Assembly: GCA_963681965.1 (NCBI GenBank)
Contig: OY820579.1
Span: forward strand, 1,184,001 to 1,248,000
DNA: 64,000 nucleotides
Direction: 5' to 3'
Source: a bacterium
GTDB taxonomy: Bacteria > Electryoneota > JAOADG01
Shown one piece after another: positions 8,246 through 18,504 of this stretch; the first letter of the stretch is position 1, and each line of letters begins with the position of its first letter. The translations under genes were made by a program, and so were the position numbers. Below the pieces are notes generated by a model, which was not told the origin of the DNA, made no database searches, and worked only from the letters and a program-made list of their open reading frames with translations.

Positions 8246-10159
8246 TTACTCGGGTTTCCGGGAAATACGAAGCAGCCAAACGCATAAAACACCAATTGCA
8301 ATACAAGGCACGATCTCACTCCACGGCGATGAATAATTCCAAGCGAGACTATCCCCTATTGATGGTAACGCCGCCGCCCATTTCGATCCGGCATTTTCGA
8401 AGCCTTTTTGGATCGCCCAGAAAATTCCCCCAATCGCACCACCAGCGATCAATCCTGAGGAATACAACACACCTGGCGACGATTCTTGTTCACTATTCGA
8501 TTTATCTTTTTGCTTTCGATCGACAAACCAGCGAATAATACCGCCGATGAATATTGGCGTGGAAATTTCCATTGGTAAATAAGCACCCACGGCGAATGGC
8601 AGCGCTTCCACTCCACACAATTGCATCGTCAATCCGAGAAAGAATCCAATCCAGATTAAATCCCACGGAAGTTTTTGCTCCAATACTCCACTAACGATCA
8701 ATTGCATTAATTGTGCTTTGGGCGCGGGAAGATTTTTGCTTCCAACTCCGAGTGTCGAATGAAGGTATAACAACGTTAATCCGATGACGATCGAACTAGT
8801 GATAACACCAATGACGAGTGCAAGCTGTTGTGCACGCGGTGTGGCACCAACCAGATAACCGGTCTTCAAATCCTGCGAAGTGTTACCGCCATTTGCTGCG
8901 GCGATACAGACAACTCCTCCAACTAGTATTGCCACGATTGCATTCGAGTGTCCCGTCCATCCCAATGCGAGAAAGATTAGCGAGGTGAACATCAATGTAG
9001 TGATCGTCATTCCGGAAATTGGATTAGATGAACTACCAACCAATCCAACGATTCGCGACGATACTGTGACAAAGAAAAATCCGAAACCCACGATCAGCGC
9101 AGCAACCATCAGTCGCAAACCAATGCCACCAGGAATTTGCGGTAGTATCGCAATGAGTAGAACCATAACAAATGCACCGACGATTGTGACCATAATGGGA
9201 AGGTCGCGCTCGGTGCGCGGTCGCCGATCAACTGCAGAAGATCCGGATATTTTCTCGCTTGCGAAGTTTTCGCGGAATGCCGACCAAATCACCGGCAACG
9301 CTTTCAACAGCGTAACAATTCCCCCGAAAACAACAGCACCGCCGCCGATGTAACGAATATAATTCGACCAGATCTCATCGGGTCCCATCATCGCAATCGT
9401 CAAACCGTTTGCCGGTGGGAAAACATCCGGTAAACCTGAGCCGAATAATTTGATCATCGGAATCAGAACCAACCACGAAATCACACCGCCGGATAACATA
9501 TATCCTGCGATCGATGGACCGATGATGTATCCGACACCAAGCAGTTCCGCAGCCATCTCACCGCGAATCGAAGCGCCTTTGAACCATTTCGGATTATACT
9601 CCGGAACATTTTTCCAAAGTGTAAAGACCTTCATCAAAATGGTATAGATGAATCCCATCCCAAGACCGACGAAGACATGTTTCGCCGTTGTTCCGCCTTT
9701 ATCGCCGGAGATCAATACTTCCGCACAAGCTGTGCCTTCCGGATACGGAACTTTGCCATGCTCTTTCACGATTAACGATCGGCGCAAAGGAATCATGAAT
9801 AAAGTGCCGAGGATACCACCAAGGATTGCTAGTGAAAAGATCGTGATGTAATCGAGTTTGTATCCGAGTAAGATTACCGCCGGTAAAGTAAAAACCACAC
9901 CGGCACCGATCGACTCACCGGCAGACGCCACTGTTTGAACGATGTTGTTTTCCAGTACCCCAGCTTTTCCCAGCCAACGAAAAACCGAGATGGCAAGCAC
10001 CGCTACCGGTATCGATGCGCTAACGGTCAGCCCGATTTTTAACCCCAGATAGACTGAAGTAGCTGCGAAAACAAAACCGAATACTACCCCAAGAATGATG
10101 GCGCGAAGTGTGAATTCCGGTTCATTTCGATCGGGTGAGATATAAGGATGGAAGGACAT
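8246..10159 (-). CDS. OPT family oligopeptide/metal-chelate transporter
   Basis: EFTLRA, YLGLKIGLTVSASIP, ENNIVQT, YPEGTACAEVL, GSSSNPISGM, QDLKTG, LPAPKA; many TM helices. Confidence 0.92.
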   Translation of the reverse strand: MSFHPYISPDRNEPEFTLRAIILGVVFGFVFAATSVYLGLKIGLTVSASIPVAVLAISVFRWLGKAGVLENNIVQTVASAGESIGAGVVFTLPAVILLGYKLDYITIFSLAILGGILGTLFMIPLRRSLIVKEHGKVPYPEGTACAEVLISGDKGGTTAKHVFVGLGMGFIYTILMKVFTLWKNVPEYNPKWFKGASIRGEMAAELLGVGYIIGPSIAGYMLSGGVISWLVLIPMIKLFGSGLPDVFPPANGLTIAMMGPDEIWSNYIRYIGGGAVVFGGIVTLLKALPVIWSAFRENFASEKISGSSAVDRRPRTERDLPIMVTIVGAFVMVLLIAILPQIPGGIGLRLMVAALIVGFGFFFVTVSSRIVGLVGSSSNPISGMTITTLMFTSLIFLALGWTGHSNAIVAILVGGVVCIAAANGGNTSQDLKTGYLVGATPRAQQLALVIGVITSSIVIGLTLLYLHSTLGVGSKNLPAPKAQLMQLIVSGVLEQKLPWDLIWIGFFLGLTMQLCGVEALPFAVGAYLPMEISTPIFIGGIIRWFVDRKQKDKSNSEQESSPGVLYSSGLIAGGAIGGIFWAIQKGFENAGSKWAAALPSIGDSLAWNYSSPWSEIVPCIAIGVLCVWLLRISRKPE

Positions 10160-10290
10160 AGTATCTCCGGTCGAGCAACGGTTGATAAACTGTCTTTGGA
10201 TTTTGAAAAGATAAGCAATTCTTCGGGCGGGAAAGAAAGAATGTTGAAAGAATTGGAAATTGATCGTTCGAGAAAGAGGAGACCTAAAAC

Positions 10291-10313
10291 AAAAAAAGCG
10301 GCGACCGCCGCTT
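10291..10313 (-). terminator. Terminator downstream of small membrane ORF
   Basis: AAGCGGCG-ac-CGCCGCTT with A7 on plus strand (T7 on minus). Confidence 0.6.
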
Positions 10314-10333
10314 GAATGAACAAATTATACCGA

Positions 10334-10690
10334 TTACAACCGTGTGGAAAGAAAGGCAGGAATACGCACGAGTCTGCTTCGGTGGAGCTTGAAGGACAAT
10401 ACCGCAGGTACTGTAGATCGTTTGAAAATAGAAAGCGACAATTTGGCAATTTGGAAAAAGACATTCAGAATAATCGCCAAATTAATCAGAATGACCAATC
10501 CGATCGTAACCAGTGTGGCACCATACAACAGGCTGCCAATTCCGGGTAATGATTGGATAATATGAAGGCATACGAACACTGAGACGAGAATAGTCGAAAC
10601 CATGAGCAACACGGTGAACGAAACGAGGATTTTCTCCCATTCGTTCAAATTTGTGCTTGCTTGAAGCTTCATTTCGACATCGCGTTTCAA
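10334..10690 (-). CDS. Small hypothetical membrane protein (2 TM)
   Basis: AGGAG RBS before TTG; two long hydrophobic helices; own terminator. Confidence 0.55.
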   Translation of the reverse strand: MKRDVEMKLQASTNLNEWEKILVSFTVLLMVSTILVSVFVCLHIIQSLPGIGSLLYGATLVTIGLVILINLAIILNVFFQIAKLSLSIFKRSTVPAVLSFKLHRSRLVRIPAFLSTRL

Positions 10691-11002
10691 TTATACTCCT
10701 TACCGCTTGTGATATGTTATCACCAATACCACAGGTTACTGCTATCTAAATATCGTGGTATTCTTCCAAAAAGTCAACCCATTTCTCAATCAAAGGGTAT
10801 TTTTATCGAGTTTCGTTTTGAATAACAGATGTGAAATCTATATCATATCACAAATGGATGTTTATTTCCTTGAAAACACACAGTTTCAGCAAAATAACCG
10901 TTCTCTCGGAGATAATAGCGATATTGATACTGACCAGTTTTGCTTAAAAATACGAATAAATTGGGACCCCTGTGTGCTCCAGACAACATTTGACGGATCG
11001 TG

Positions 11003-11018
11003 TGCGATCTAGATCACA
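11003..11018. promoter_or_regulatory. CRP/FNR-family operator-like site
   Basis: TGCGATCTAGATCACA, one mismatch to the TGTGA-N6-TCACA consensus, in the 900-bp divergent intergenic region. Confidence 0.35.
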
Positions 11019-11234
11019 ATATTGCTAAGCGAAGATACTCCTCGATTAAATTGGAATGTAATAAAAGCGCTGTTTGACACCATTAATCGAGGTTTCACGG
11101 ATCGACATTGATATTTCAATTTGTGTGGATGAATTCGTCTCGAAGAGTATTTTTGCGGTACAAATTAAATTCCGCAATTGATTGTGTAATAAAGAATTGT
11201 AGATGAATAATTATTGAATTGAATTTATCGAAAA

Positions 11235-11274
11235 ACTCTGAGAGAAATCGATAGTATCGCGTTTCTCTCAGAGT
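11235..11274. repeat. Inverted repeat with 13-bp perfect arms upstream of giant surface protein gene
   Basis: ACTCTGAGAGAAA-N14-TTTCTCTCAGAGT. Confidence 0.7.
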
Positions 11275-11592
11275 AAGTGATCTCTTCGAGAAAAGCAATT
11301 TCTTCGCCCTTGTTATAACGCTTGTAAATGTTGAACTAACGGTGTGTTATTGAAAACATACCGCATGCTCAGTTTGGGATTGTGCGGGCGGTCATAAAAG
11401 TTTTACTAAAACTTTGGTTTTAGTAGTTGCAGTGCCGATTCTTGAAACTTATGTTAGCTATACGCTTATGTAGCTGAATCCGAGTTTTGTAGTAACTAGA
11501 AACCAATACGAATCGTGTTGGAAAATGTTTTTTTATTGTTTGTATCAATTTAATAATTAATGGTTGACTAGAGTTTCACAAGGAGGAACCCT

Positions 11593-14500
11593 ATGAAGTC
11601 TTTGTCAAGAAGTGTGTTGTTGATGTTGCTGTTGCTGCTTGTCGCATCAATGGCAATGGCAACGGCGGTCATTATTCCATCCGGTAACCCATCTACTAGC
11701 TCAAGTCGGTATCCAACCGGTTTGTACTATGGTTGGGAGAATACCGCGTCACTGTATACTTCGGCAGAAGTCAGTGCGACCGGTGGAACGATTAATACGG
11801 TTGCATGGTATGCTACCGCAACGTTCTCGGGCGACAATATCGCGACTAAGCCGCTTAAAATCTACATGAAAGCGACGACGGATGCGACGATTCCGGCAGG
11901 AACCTTCAGCACTCTGATAACGGGTGCGACGTTGGTTTATGATGGTACCGGTCATTCGACTACCGCCTCGACTTGGAATACGTTTACGCTTTCTACCCCG
12001 TTCGCCTTGCCTGCAGGTTCTAACCTGTACATTTTTACCAAGACGAATTTCGGATCAGGCGGCGGATCCAGTAGTTCCGGTGCCGGGAATCGGTATTATA
12101 CGTCTGCCAGTAAATTTGGTTACAACCAAAACGATAGTGGCGATCCTGCTGGTAACGCGCTTTCGATCGGTGGCAATCGTCCGAACGTCCAACTCGATGT
12201 CACGACAGTAGTTTTGCCATGGGCATACAGTGTCAGTTCACCTACTGGACAAGAAGGTGCTGCTGGCTCGACGTTGACTTATACTTTCACGATTAACAAC
12301 ATCGGTTCGAATGCCGATAATTACACGGTCGGACTCTCCGGCAACACCTGGACTTCCGCTCTGTTCCAGAGCGATGGTGTTACCCCGTTGTCTGCTCCGA
12401 TTTCCATCGCTGGCGGAGCGAATAGCACATTTAAGATGAATGTGACTATTTCTGGTACTGCTCTATTTAACAGCACCGACACTACAACGGTTACAATCAC
12501 CCCCGCTGGAACAGGATTATCTGCTTCAACGCGGAAGATTGGATCGAAATGTAATCTCGAAAATACTGTTTCCGGATTACCCTTTACTCAGAATTTCTCC
12601 GGAACGCAATTTCCACCTTCAGGTTGGTCGGTACAGAATCCCAATGGCGATGCTTATCAGTGGGTTCGATATACCGGAACCAATGCCGGCGACGGTATGG
12701 CTCGCATCAATACTTACAGTGAACCATCAGGTTATATCGATTACCTCTGGACCCCAACGTTTGACATGGGCGGTTTCGCTGCTGCAAACTTCCGGTTCCA
12801 ACGGTCATTCTCATCTGCAAGCGATCGCTTGATTGTCGCTTACACCGTCGGTTCCGATCCGACCCTACATGAAATTTTCAATGCTACTTCTACGGTATTA
12901 CAGGGGAGCACAGTTGGTGCCGGTGGAACCTCTCCCGGTACAGCATTAGCCGACACGACCATTTCACTTCCGGCTGGCGCATTACAAAATCAAGTTAAGT
13001 TCGTCTTCAAAGCCGTCAGTGCTTATGGAAACGACATTTTTGTCGACGGGATTAGCATTTACCAAGTCATTCCTTATGCAATGGAAGCGACTCGCGTGAC
13101 TGCAAATTCGAGTTGTGTTGCTGGTAGCTCAGTTTGGTACACCGTCAATATCCACAATATTGGATCTACCGACGACGTTTACCATCTGGAAACTTCCGGT
13201 TTGTGGTATTATGATATCGCCGATGTGATCGACGGTGGACCGATTGCCGATATTCCGGTGATGGCTGGCGCTACCACACCGGTGTACGTCAAAGCAACCC
13301 CGAAGAATGAAGCACTCGCGAATTCAACCGATGCGTTTACCTTATCAATTACTTCGAATGGCGATCCAGCCGTTCACACGACAGTCTCGGGAACCACAAC
13401 CGTGACCCCGGGTTTGACTGTAACCTTTGAAAATAGTAAACGCGGTGCTACAGGCACAGACATTTACTATACTTTCACTGTGAGAAATGTCGGATCCAAT
13501 CCGAACGTCTTCTCGATGGAGTTTTCCAACGCGCCGTCGTGGACAACGACAATTTGCGATGCGATGGGTAACCCTGTTGGCGATACTGGACCGATCGAAC
13601 CCGCAGCGACTTTCTCCGGTCGCGTGTACGTTTCGATTCCTTCTAGCGTTTCTCCGTGGAGTCCGGATAATTTTGTGTTCCACGCTTTTTCACCAGATTT
13701 AGCAGCGAATAGCGTTTCCGTTTCTCGCTTTACTGGCGTCAATTACACGTATCCGTACGTTGCTACTTCGCTGGCAACCAGTGGACCGGCACCGACGTAT
13801 AGTTACGTCGATCCAGTAACTGCTGGACACACCGAAATTCCTTATGTATTGAATTTTGGTTCGGAAGACGATGGCGCCTATAAGTATGGCTTAGGTGAAT
13901 CATTTAATTACGCTGGTTTGAATTACGATTCCGCTAAGATCGGTACGAATGGCGAAATCTATTTTGTCGCTACGTCGTATTCATCGATGAATGAAGGTAT
14001 TTCCGTTTGGAATCGCGATCAAGGTGGTGCAACCGGTTCGCGACCGACGACAGCAAAGATTTATACCCATTACGATGCTACTGCTCATACCACTACAATT
14101 ACATGGTATAACTGGTTGAACTATAACTGGGTGGCTGGTTCGGAACATAAGTATCAAGTGATTTTAAATCATGCTGATCACTCGATTACTTTGAATTATG
14201 CCTTGATCCCCGCGTCAGAAATGACGGCAACCTACGGTATCAATAAAGGTATCGGTTTAGTATTAGGTGCTACTGCCAATACTTCGATCATGAATATTGT
14301 CACCGCCGGTTCGGCGACTATCAATCCCGAATACGGTGGCGGTACAGTCGTGAATGGCGTAACCATCAAGATTTACGGCGTTGCGCCGAATCCATACGGA
14401 TATACGCCGGGTGACGCTGCACTTGATGTCGCACGTGACGCTCAATTGTCATGGACTGCACCAGGTCAATCGTCGTTTGATGTTGCATTCGGTACATCCA

Positions 14501-17121
14501 GTTCCCCGTCGATTGTTGCTTCCGGTTTAACTGGAACGACTTACAATCCAGGTTTGATGGGCTTCAGCCAGACTTATTACTGGAAAGTCTATCATCATCG
14601 TACCGATGGTTCCACCGTGGAATCCCCGGAAATGAGCTTCACCTCGGTTAGTGCTGCAGTTCCAGATGCACCGACTGCAGGCGCAATCGATCCGGCTTCG
14701 ATTACGAATCACAGCATGGTTGTCAGTTGGACCGACAACTCCATTTCCGAAACCGATTTCTACGGATACACCTCTACTACTCCGTTTGCCGTCGATTTCG
14801 CACCACATACTGCCACTCCTGCATTTATTATTCCATCGAATAATGCTGCCGGAATTGGTGATGTCTATACCGATACGTTGTCTGGTCTTTCACCGGACGC
14901 TGTGAGTTACGTTCGAGTCTACGCAGTCAACAATACTGGTAGTAGACTACTTCGTAAGAGTGTTATCGTAAGCGACGAACTGTCAAGCATAACCGCCACG
15001 ACAACGCGGGTATCTGCCAAATCATTGGTAAATACTGGCAGTGCGCAGATTATGACTGGTAGCTTACATTTCTCTGCTAGCTTTGTCGCAGTATCTGCTT
15101 ATACGCTTGCTAATGCAGCCGGTCATCTGACTGCTCACCAAACTGGTTACACCACCGCAACAGTCGATGGAATCGGTGTCGATGGCAACCCCGCGACCAC
15201 GAATTATCGCGTGTTGATTAATGGTGTGTACGCCGGTGGCGCATTGACACCGACGACATTGTCGCGTGCTGCTTGGGCAGCTCACGGATTAACCGGTTTA
15301 CTTTCCGGCTCGGCAAATGCGTTAGTACCAGTTGCTGTAAATCATGACTTGATTGAAGCTCCCAGTGCCGACACAACGATCGTTACTACTCCAGATCCCG
15401 AACGTTCGAATCCGGATGGTTACGGTTACCGCTTCATTACGAATCGCAATGCCCACGGCTTCGCGTATGCTGAAGTTCCGTTAACCAGCCCGACGACTGC
15501 TCCATTTGTGGCAGCTTCGACTTACTCAGTTGGCGATGAAGGTCGCGCAATCATTTACATGGATGGTTTCCACTTCCCATTCTATGGAAACATCTACGAT
15601 TCGTTGACTTTAAGTACAAACTATTTCATCGGTCTTGGCGCCCACGCAAATACCGGTAATTCTTGGACTGCTGGCTCGTTGCCGAACGTCGGCATGCTGG
15701 GCTTCGGTCCTGCCATTTCATTGTTGTGGTGTGATGGTGAAGTCGGTTTGGCAACAACGTGTGCCATTACCTACCAGAATTTCGGCAACAAGTTCGTCAT
15801 CAATTACAAAGATGTTACCCCCTACGGTAACGCAGCCGCATTGGCGAATTTCCAAGTAATTCTGTATTCTGACGGTCGTATTCAGGTTATGTATCGTCAC
15901 GTAGCATCTGGTTGGTCACCCACGATTGGTATTCAGGGTGCAACTACCGGTACTAATTTCTTGCAGTACATGACCTCTGGTTCGATCCCGAGTGACAACC
16001 TTGCTCTTACCTACTACCAGAGCTGGTATCAATCGACTGCTTCGGTTCCGCCGCAACCAGTTGCCGGAATCGGAAGTCTGCCGTTACCAACCGTTGGTGT
16101 TCACGCTGGTATCGTATTCAATACGCCATTGGCTGGTAATGCCGGCGACAATGGTAATCCGCCGTTCATCAGCACGAACCACATCAGCAACAACGTTCCG
16201 AACTCCGACAATACCTTCGGTCACGCACCGGGTTGGGTTGATGGCGACGTTATCGCGTCCGGTATTGCAGCCGCTGCCCCAATTGGACAGATTACTCAGA
16301 TTAACTCGAATGTGCCGGATGGTTCACTCGACGCATGTTTGACATTTGACGTCCCAGTTGGCGTGGATCCGTCCACTGTCCGTGTTATTTATCGCACGGG
16401 ATATTCTGGTCCATGGTTGATTATTCCGAATGTGGCTCCATACAGCTATTCCTTCAACATGATCGACAATACCGTTACCGTATGTGGTATTACGCACTTC
16501 TCGCAGTGGTCGCTCGCTGGCAATAACGACTTGTTGCCGGTTACGTTAAGCACGTTCACTGCAACCGGTGCCGACAATCGCATCGTGTTGAACTGGAAAA
16601 CTGAATCAGAAGTTGACAACGATTTCTTCCGCATTTACCGCTCGACTTCGTCTGAAGCCACCGGTGAAGTGATTGCTGAAATTCGTGCCAATGGTTCGAT
16701 CAGCACTGGTTCGACCTATCGCTTTGTCGATGTCCGTACGACTAATGGAACGACGTATTACTATCGTATTTCCGATGTAAGTCTTGACGGTGTTGAAACC
16801 ACTCATCCGTTGGTTCGCACTGCCACGCCGACTTCTGGTGCAATTGGCGTTCTTCCGACCGAATATGCACTCCAGCAGAACTGGCCGAATCCATTCAACC
16901 CCACGACGGAAATCCGTTATGCGTTGAAGGAAGCCGGTAAAGTTGAAGTGAAGGTCTTCGATGCCAATGGTCGTGAAGTTGTAACTCTGGTGAATGCATA
17001 CCAACCGCGTAATGCCTATTCCGTGTCCTTCGATGGCACGAAGTTGGCTAACGGTGTGTACTTCTATCAGATCCGCGTTAACGACTTCTACTCGGTACGC
17101 AAGATGGTACTCGTGAAGTAA
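11593..17121 (+). CDS. Large secreted multidomain surface protein (1842 aa) with C-terminal T9SS-type/FlgD-Ig sorting domain
   Basis: AAGGAGG RBS; signal peptide; Ig-like YTFTI.NIG repeats, FN3-like and NIDO-like (FHFPFYGNIY) modules; LPVTLSTF; PTEYALQQNWPNPFNPTT...RKMVLVK. Confidence 0.88.
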   Translation: MKSLSRSVLLMLLLLLVASMAMATAVIIPSGNPSTSSSRYPTGLYYGWENTASLYTSAEVSATGGTINTVAWYATATFSGDNIATKPLKIYMKATTDATIPAGTFSTLITGATLVYDGTGHSTTASTWNTFTLSTPFALPAGSNLYIFTKTNFGSGGGSSSSGAGNRYYTSASKFGYNQNDSGDPAGNALSIGGNRPNVQLDVTTVVLPWAYSVSSPTGQEGAAGSTLTYTFTINNIGSNADNYTVGLSGNTWTSALFQSDGVTPLSAPISIAGGANSTFKMNVTISGTALFNSTDTTTVTITPAGTGLSASTRKIGSKCNLENTVSGLPFTQNFSGTQFPPSGWSVQNPNGDAYQWVRYTGTNAGDGMARINTYSEPSGYIDYLWTPTFDMGGFAAANFRFQRSFSSASDRLIVAYTVGSDPTLHEIFNATSTVLQGSTVGAGGTSPGTALADTTISLPAGALQNQVKFVFKAVSAYGNDIFVDGISIYQVIPYAMEATRVTANSSCVAGSSVWYTVNIHNIGSTDDVYHLETSGLWYYDIADVIDGGPIADIPVMAGATTPVYVKATPKNEALANSTDAFTLSITSNGDPAVHTTVSGTTTVTPGLTVTFENSKRGATGTDIYYTFTVRNVGSNPNVFSMEFSNAPSWTTTICDAMGNPVGDTGPIEPAATFSGRVYVSIPSSVSPWSPDNFVFHAFSPDLAANSVSVSRFTGVNYTYPYVATSLATSGPAPTYSYVDPVTAGHTEIPYVLNFGSEDDGAYKYGLGESFNYAGLNYDSAKIGTNGEIYFVATSYSSMNEGISVWNRDQGGATGSRPTTAKIYTHYDATAHTTTITWYNWLNYNWVAGSEHKYQVILNHADHSITLNYALIPASEMTATYGINKGIGLVLGATANTSIMNIVTAGSATINPEYGGGTVVNGVTIKIYGVAPNPYGYTPGDAALDVARDAQLSWTAPGQSSFDVAFGTSSSPSIVASGLTGTTYNPGLMGFSQTYYWKVYHHRTDGSTVESPEMSFTSVSAAVPDAPTAGAIDPASITNHSMVVSWTDNSISETDFYGYTSTTPFAVDFAPHTATPAFIIPSNNAAGIGDVYTDTLSGLSPDAVSYVRVYAVNNTGSRLLRKSVIVSDELSSITATTTRVSAKSLVNTGSAQIMTGSLHFSASFVAVSAYTLANAAGHLTAHQTGYTTATVDGIGVDGNPATTNYRVLINGVYAGGALTPTTLSRAAWAAHGLTGLLSGSANALVPVAVNHDLIEAPSADTTIVTTPDPERSNPDGYGYRFITNRNAHGFAYAEVPLTSPTTAPFVAASTYSVGDEGRAIIYMDGFHFPFYGNIYDSLTLSTNYFIGLGAHANTGNSWTAGSLPNVGMLGFGPAISLLWCDGEVGLATTCAITYQNFGNKFVINYKDVTPYGNAAALANFQVILYSDGRIQVMYRHVASGWSPTIGIQGATTGTNFLQYMTSGSIPSDNLALTYYQSWYQSTASVPPQPVAGIGSLPLPTVGVHAGIVFNTPLAGNAGDNGNPPFISTNHISNNVPNSDNTFGHAPGWVDGDVIASGIAAAAPIGQITQINSNVPDGSLDACLTFDVPVGVDPSTVRVIYRTGYSGPWLIIPNVAPYSYSFNMIDNTVTVCGITHFSQWSLAGNNDLLPVTLSTFTATGADNRIVLNWKTESEVDNDFFRIYRSTSSEATGEVIAEIRANGSISTGSTYRFVDVRTTNGTTYYYRISDVSLDGVETTHPLVRTATPTSGAIGVLPTEYALQQNWPNPFNPTTEIRYALKEAGKVEVKVFDANGREVVTLVNAYQPRNAYSVSFDGTKLANGVYFYQIRVNDFYSVRKMVLVK

Positions 17122-17142
17122 GTACGCTTCTCAGCTTCATCG

Positions 17143-17175
17143 AAACGGGCGATCATTTGGTCGCCCGTTTTGTTT
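17143..17175 (+). terminator. Intrinsic terminator
   Basis: AAACGGGCGA-tcatttgg-TCGCCCGTTT + TGTTT. Confidence 0.8.
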
Positions 17176-17444
17176 AACCCGATTAGGACAATCGTTTCAT
17201 TGCCATGAATGGGCATTGTTTTATTTCGAAAGCGAGTTATTCGAGGGTACTGAACCTAAGTTGGTATTGCTTTGATCCCCGACTGGGGTTAACTATTGTA
17301 CTATCAATGATTAACTAGATTACGATAGTCGTCTAGTATGAATCAGTGTGTTCATTAGTTAAGGTCAATAGAATTTACTAGTAGCTGGAATTCTTGAAGC
17401 GCTGCTGATACGTGATTGAGAGTAAATTGAATTATGAATTCAGC

Positions 17445-17473
17445 AAAAAAAAACGGGGCGGTTGCCCCGTTTT
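17445..17473 (-). terminator. Intrinsic terminator of TBDR-HmuY operon
   Basis: A9-CGGGGC-ggtt-GCCCCG-TTTT. Confidence 0.75.
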
Positions 17474-17492
17474 CTCATCAATCCATCTCCCG

Positions 17493-18458
17493 TTAAAGTC
17501 TGGCAAATCGCCATGTAACGAAACCGGATGCATTTTGACTGTTGTAGTAGTCATCAAAAGAGACCTTCCAAACGTGTCCGTTCTGACGAACTAACAATGT
17601 CTTGTCCCATGCATAAAGTCGGGTATTGATGTAATTAAAAATTCGACCAATCTGAAAGCCATCGTCGGGGTCGGTGGCAAAAGTAACACCAGTTGGAACT
17701 GCGCTTACTTGGTCGTAAGCCTGATTGATCCAAACAGCTTCGGTTGTGGTCGACCGATTCAAGCGACCATACGGGAATTTATAGCCATTGTCGAATGCGG
17801 CGATCAATGCAATTTGCCATTGATTGGATTCAACCATGCCGGAATTGAACCGATACATCTTTGGAGTACCTGTTACACCACCGGTGATGCTGTCAAGATG
17901 AATCGTTGAATTCCAGTATACACGTCCTGAACTCCCACTGATACTATCGCTGAATGTATACTGAAAGCGGGCGATTCCTGAACGGCAAAAGAGCCCTTGA
18001 AATTTGATCCAAGGATATGCGTCGTATCTCAAGATGAATGATACAGAATCAAATCCGGCAATGGAGTAGTGATCGTTTGGATTGAGTGTCGATTCATCGA
18101 CCCATTTCGATCCAATCGCAAGACCGGACGTGTCGTTGACATCGACCATCCAGTTTAAACCAGCGGTATCGCTGAAACTGGCAGTCATTGATTGCGCTAA
18201 TTGGGCAACGTGAAATCCTTTACTACCCGAAGAACCGCAATTAACGCGAAATCTTTGATTTTCACCGCGTACATAAGCAATATCCCATACTTGTACGCTA
18301 TCACCGGTCTCTAGATTCAGATAAACTGGTGTTGTCTTGATATTGTTTGTGTATCTGCTCTCGGGTGCAGTTAACGAACTCTGATCCGAATCGCTTTTTT
18401 TACATCCGATTGCGAATAGTACGCCGATTGAAATGGTCAATACTAGTACTTTCTTCAT
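17493..18458 (-). CDS. HmuY-like lipoprotein
   Basis: Lipobox AIGC; YLNLETG..VWDIA, C-terminal WKVSFDDYYN..SGFVTWRFARL typical of HmuY family; GGAGG RBS; downstream of a TBDR. Confidence 0.65.
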   Translation of the reverse strand: MKKVLVLTISIGVLFAIGCKKSDSDQSSLTAPESRYTNNIKTTPVYLNLETGDSVQVWDIAYVRGENQRFRVNCGSSGSKGFHVAQLAQSMTASFSDTAGLNWMVDVNDTSGLAIGSKWVDESTLNPNDHYSIAGFDSVSFILRYDAYPWIKFQGLFCRSGIARFQYTFSDSISGSSGRVYWNSTIHLDSITGGVTGTPKMYRFNSGMVESNQWQIALIAAFDNGYKFPYGRLNRSTTTEAVWINQAYDQVSAVPTGVTFATDPDDGFQIGRIFNYINTRLYAWDKTLLVRQNGHVWKVSFDDYYNSQNASGFVTWRFARL

Positions 18459-18504
18459 TGAAATCCCCCTCCGGATATGTCCGGTTAGACTACTTGAATT
18501 GGTT

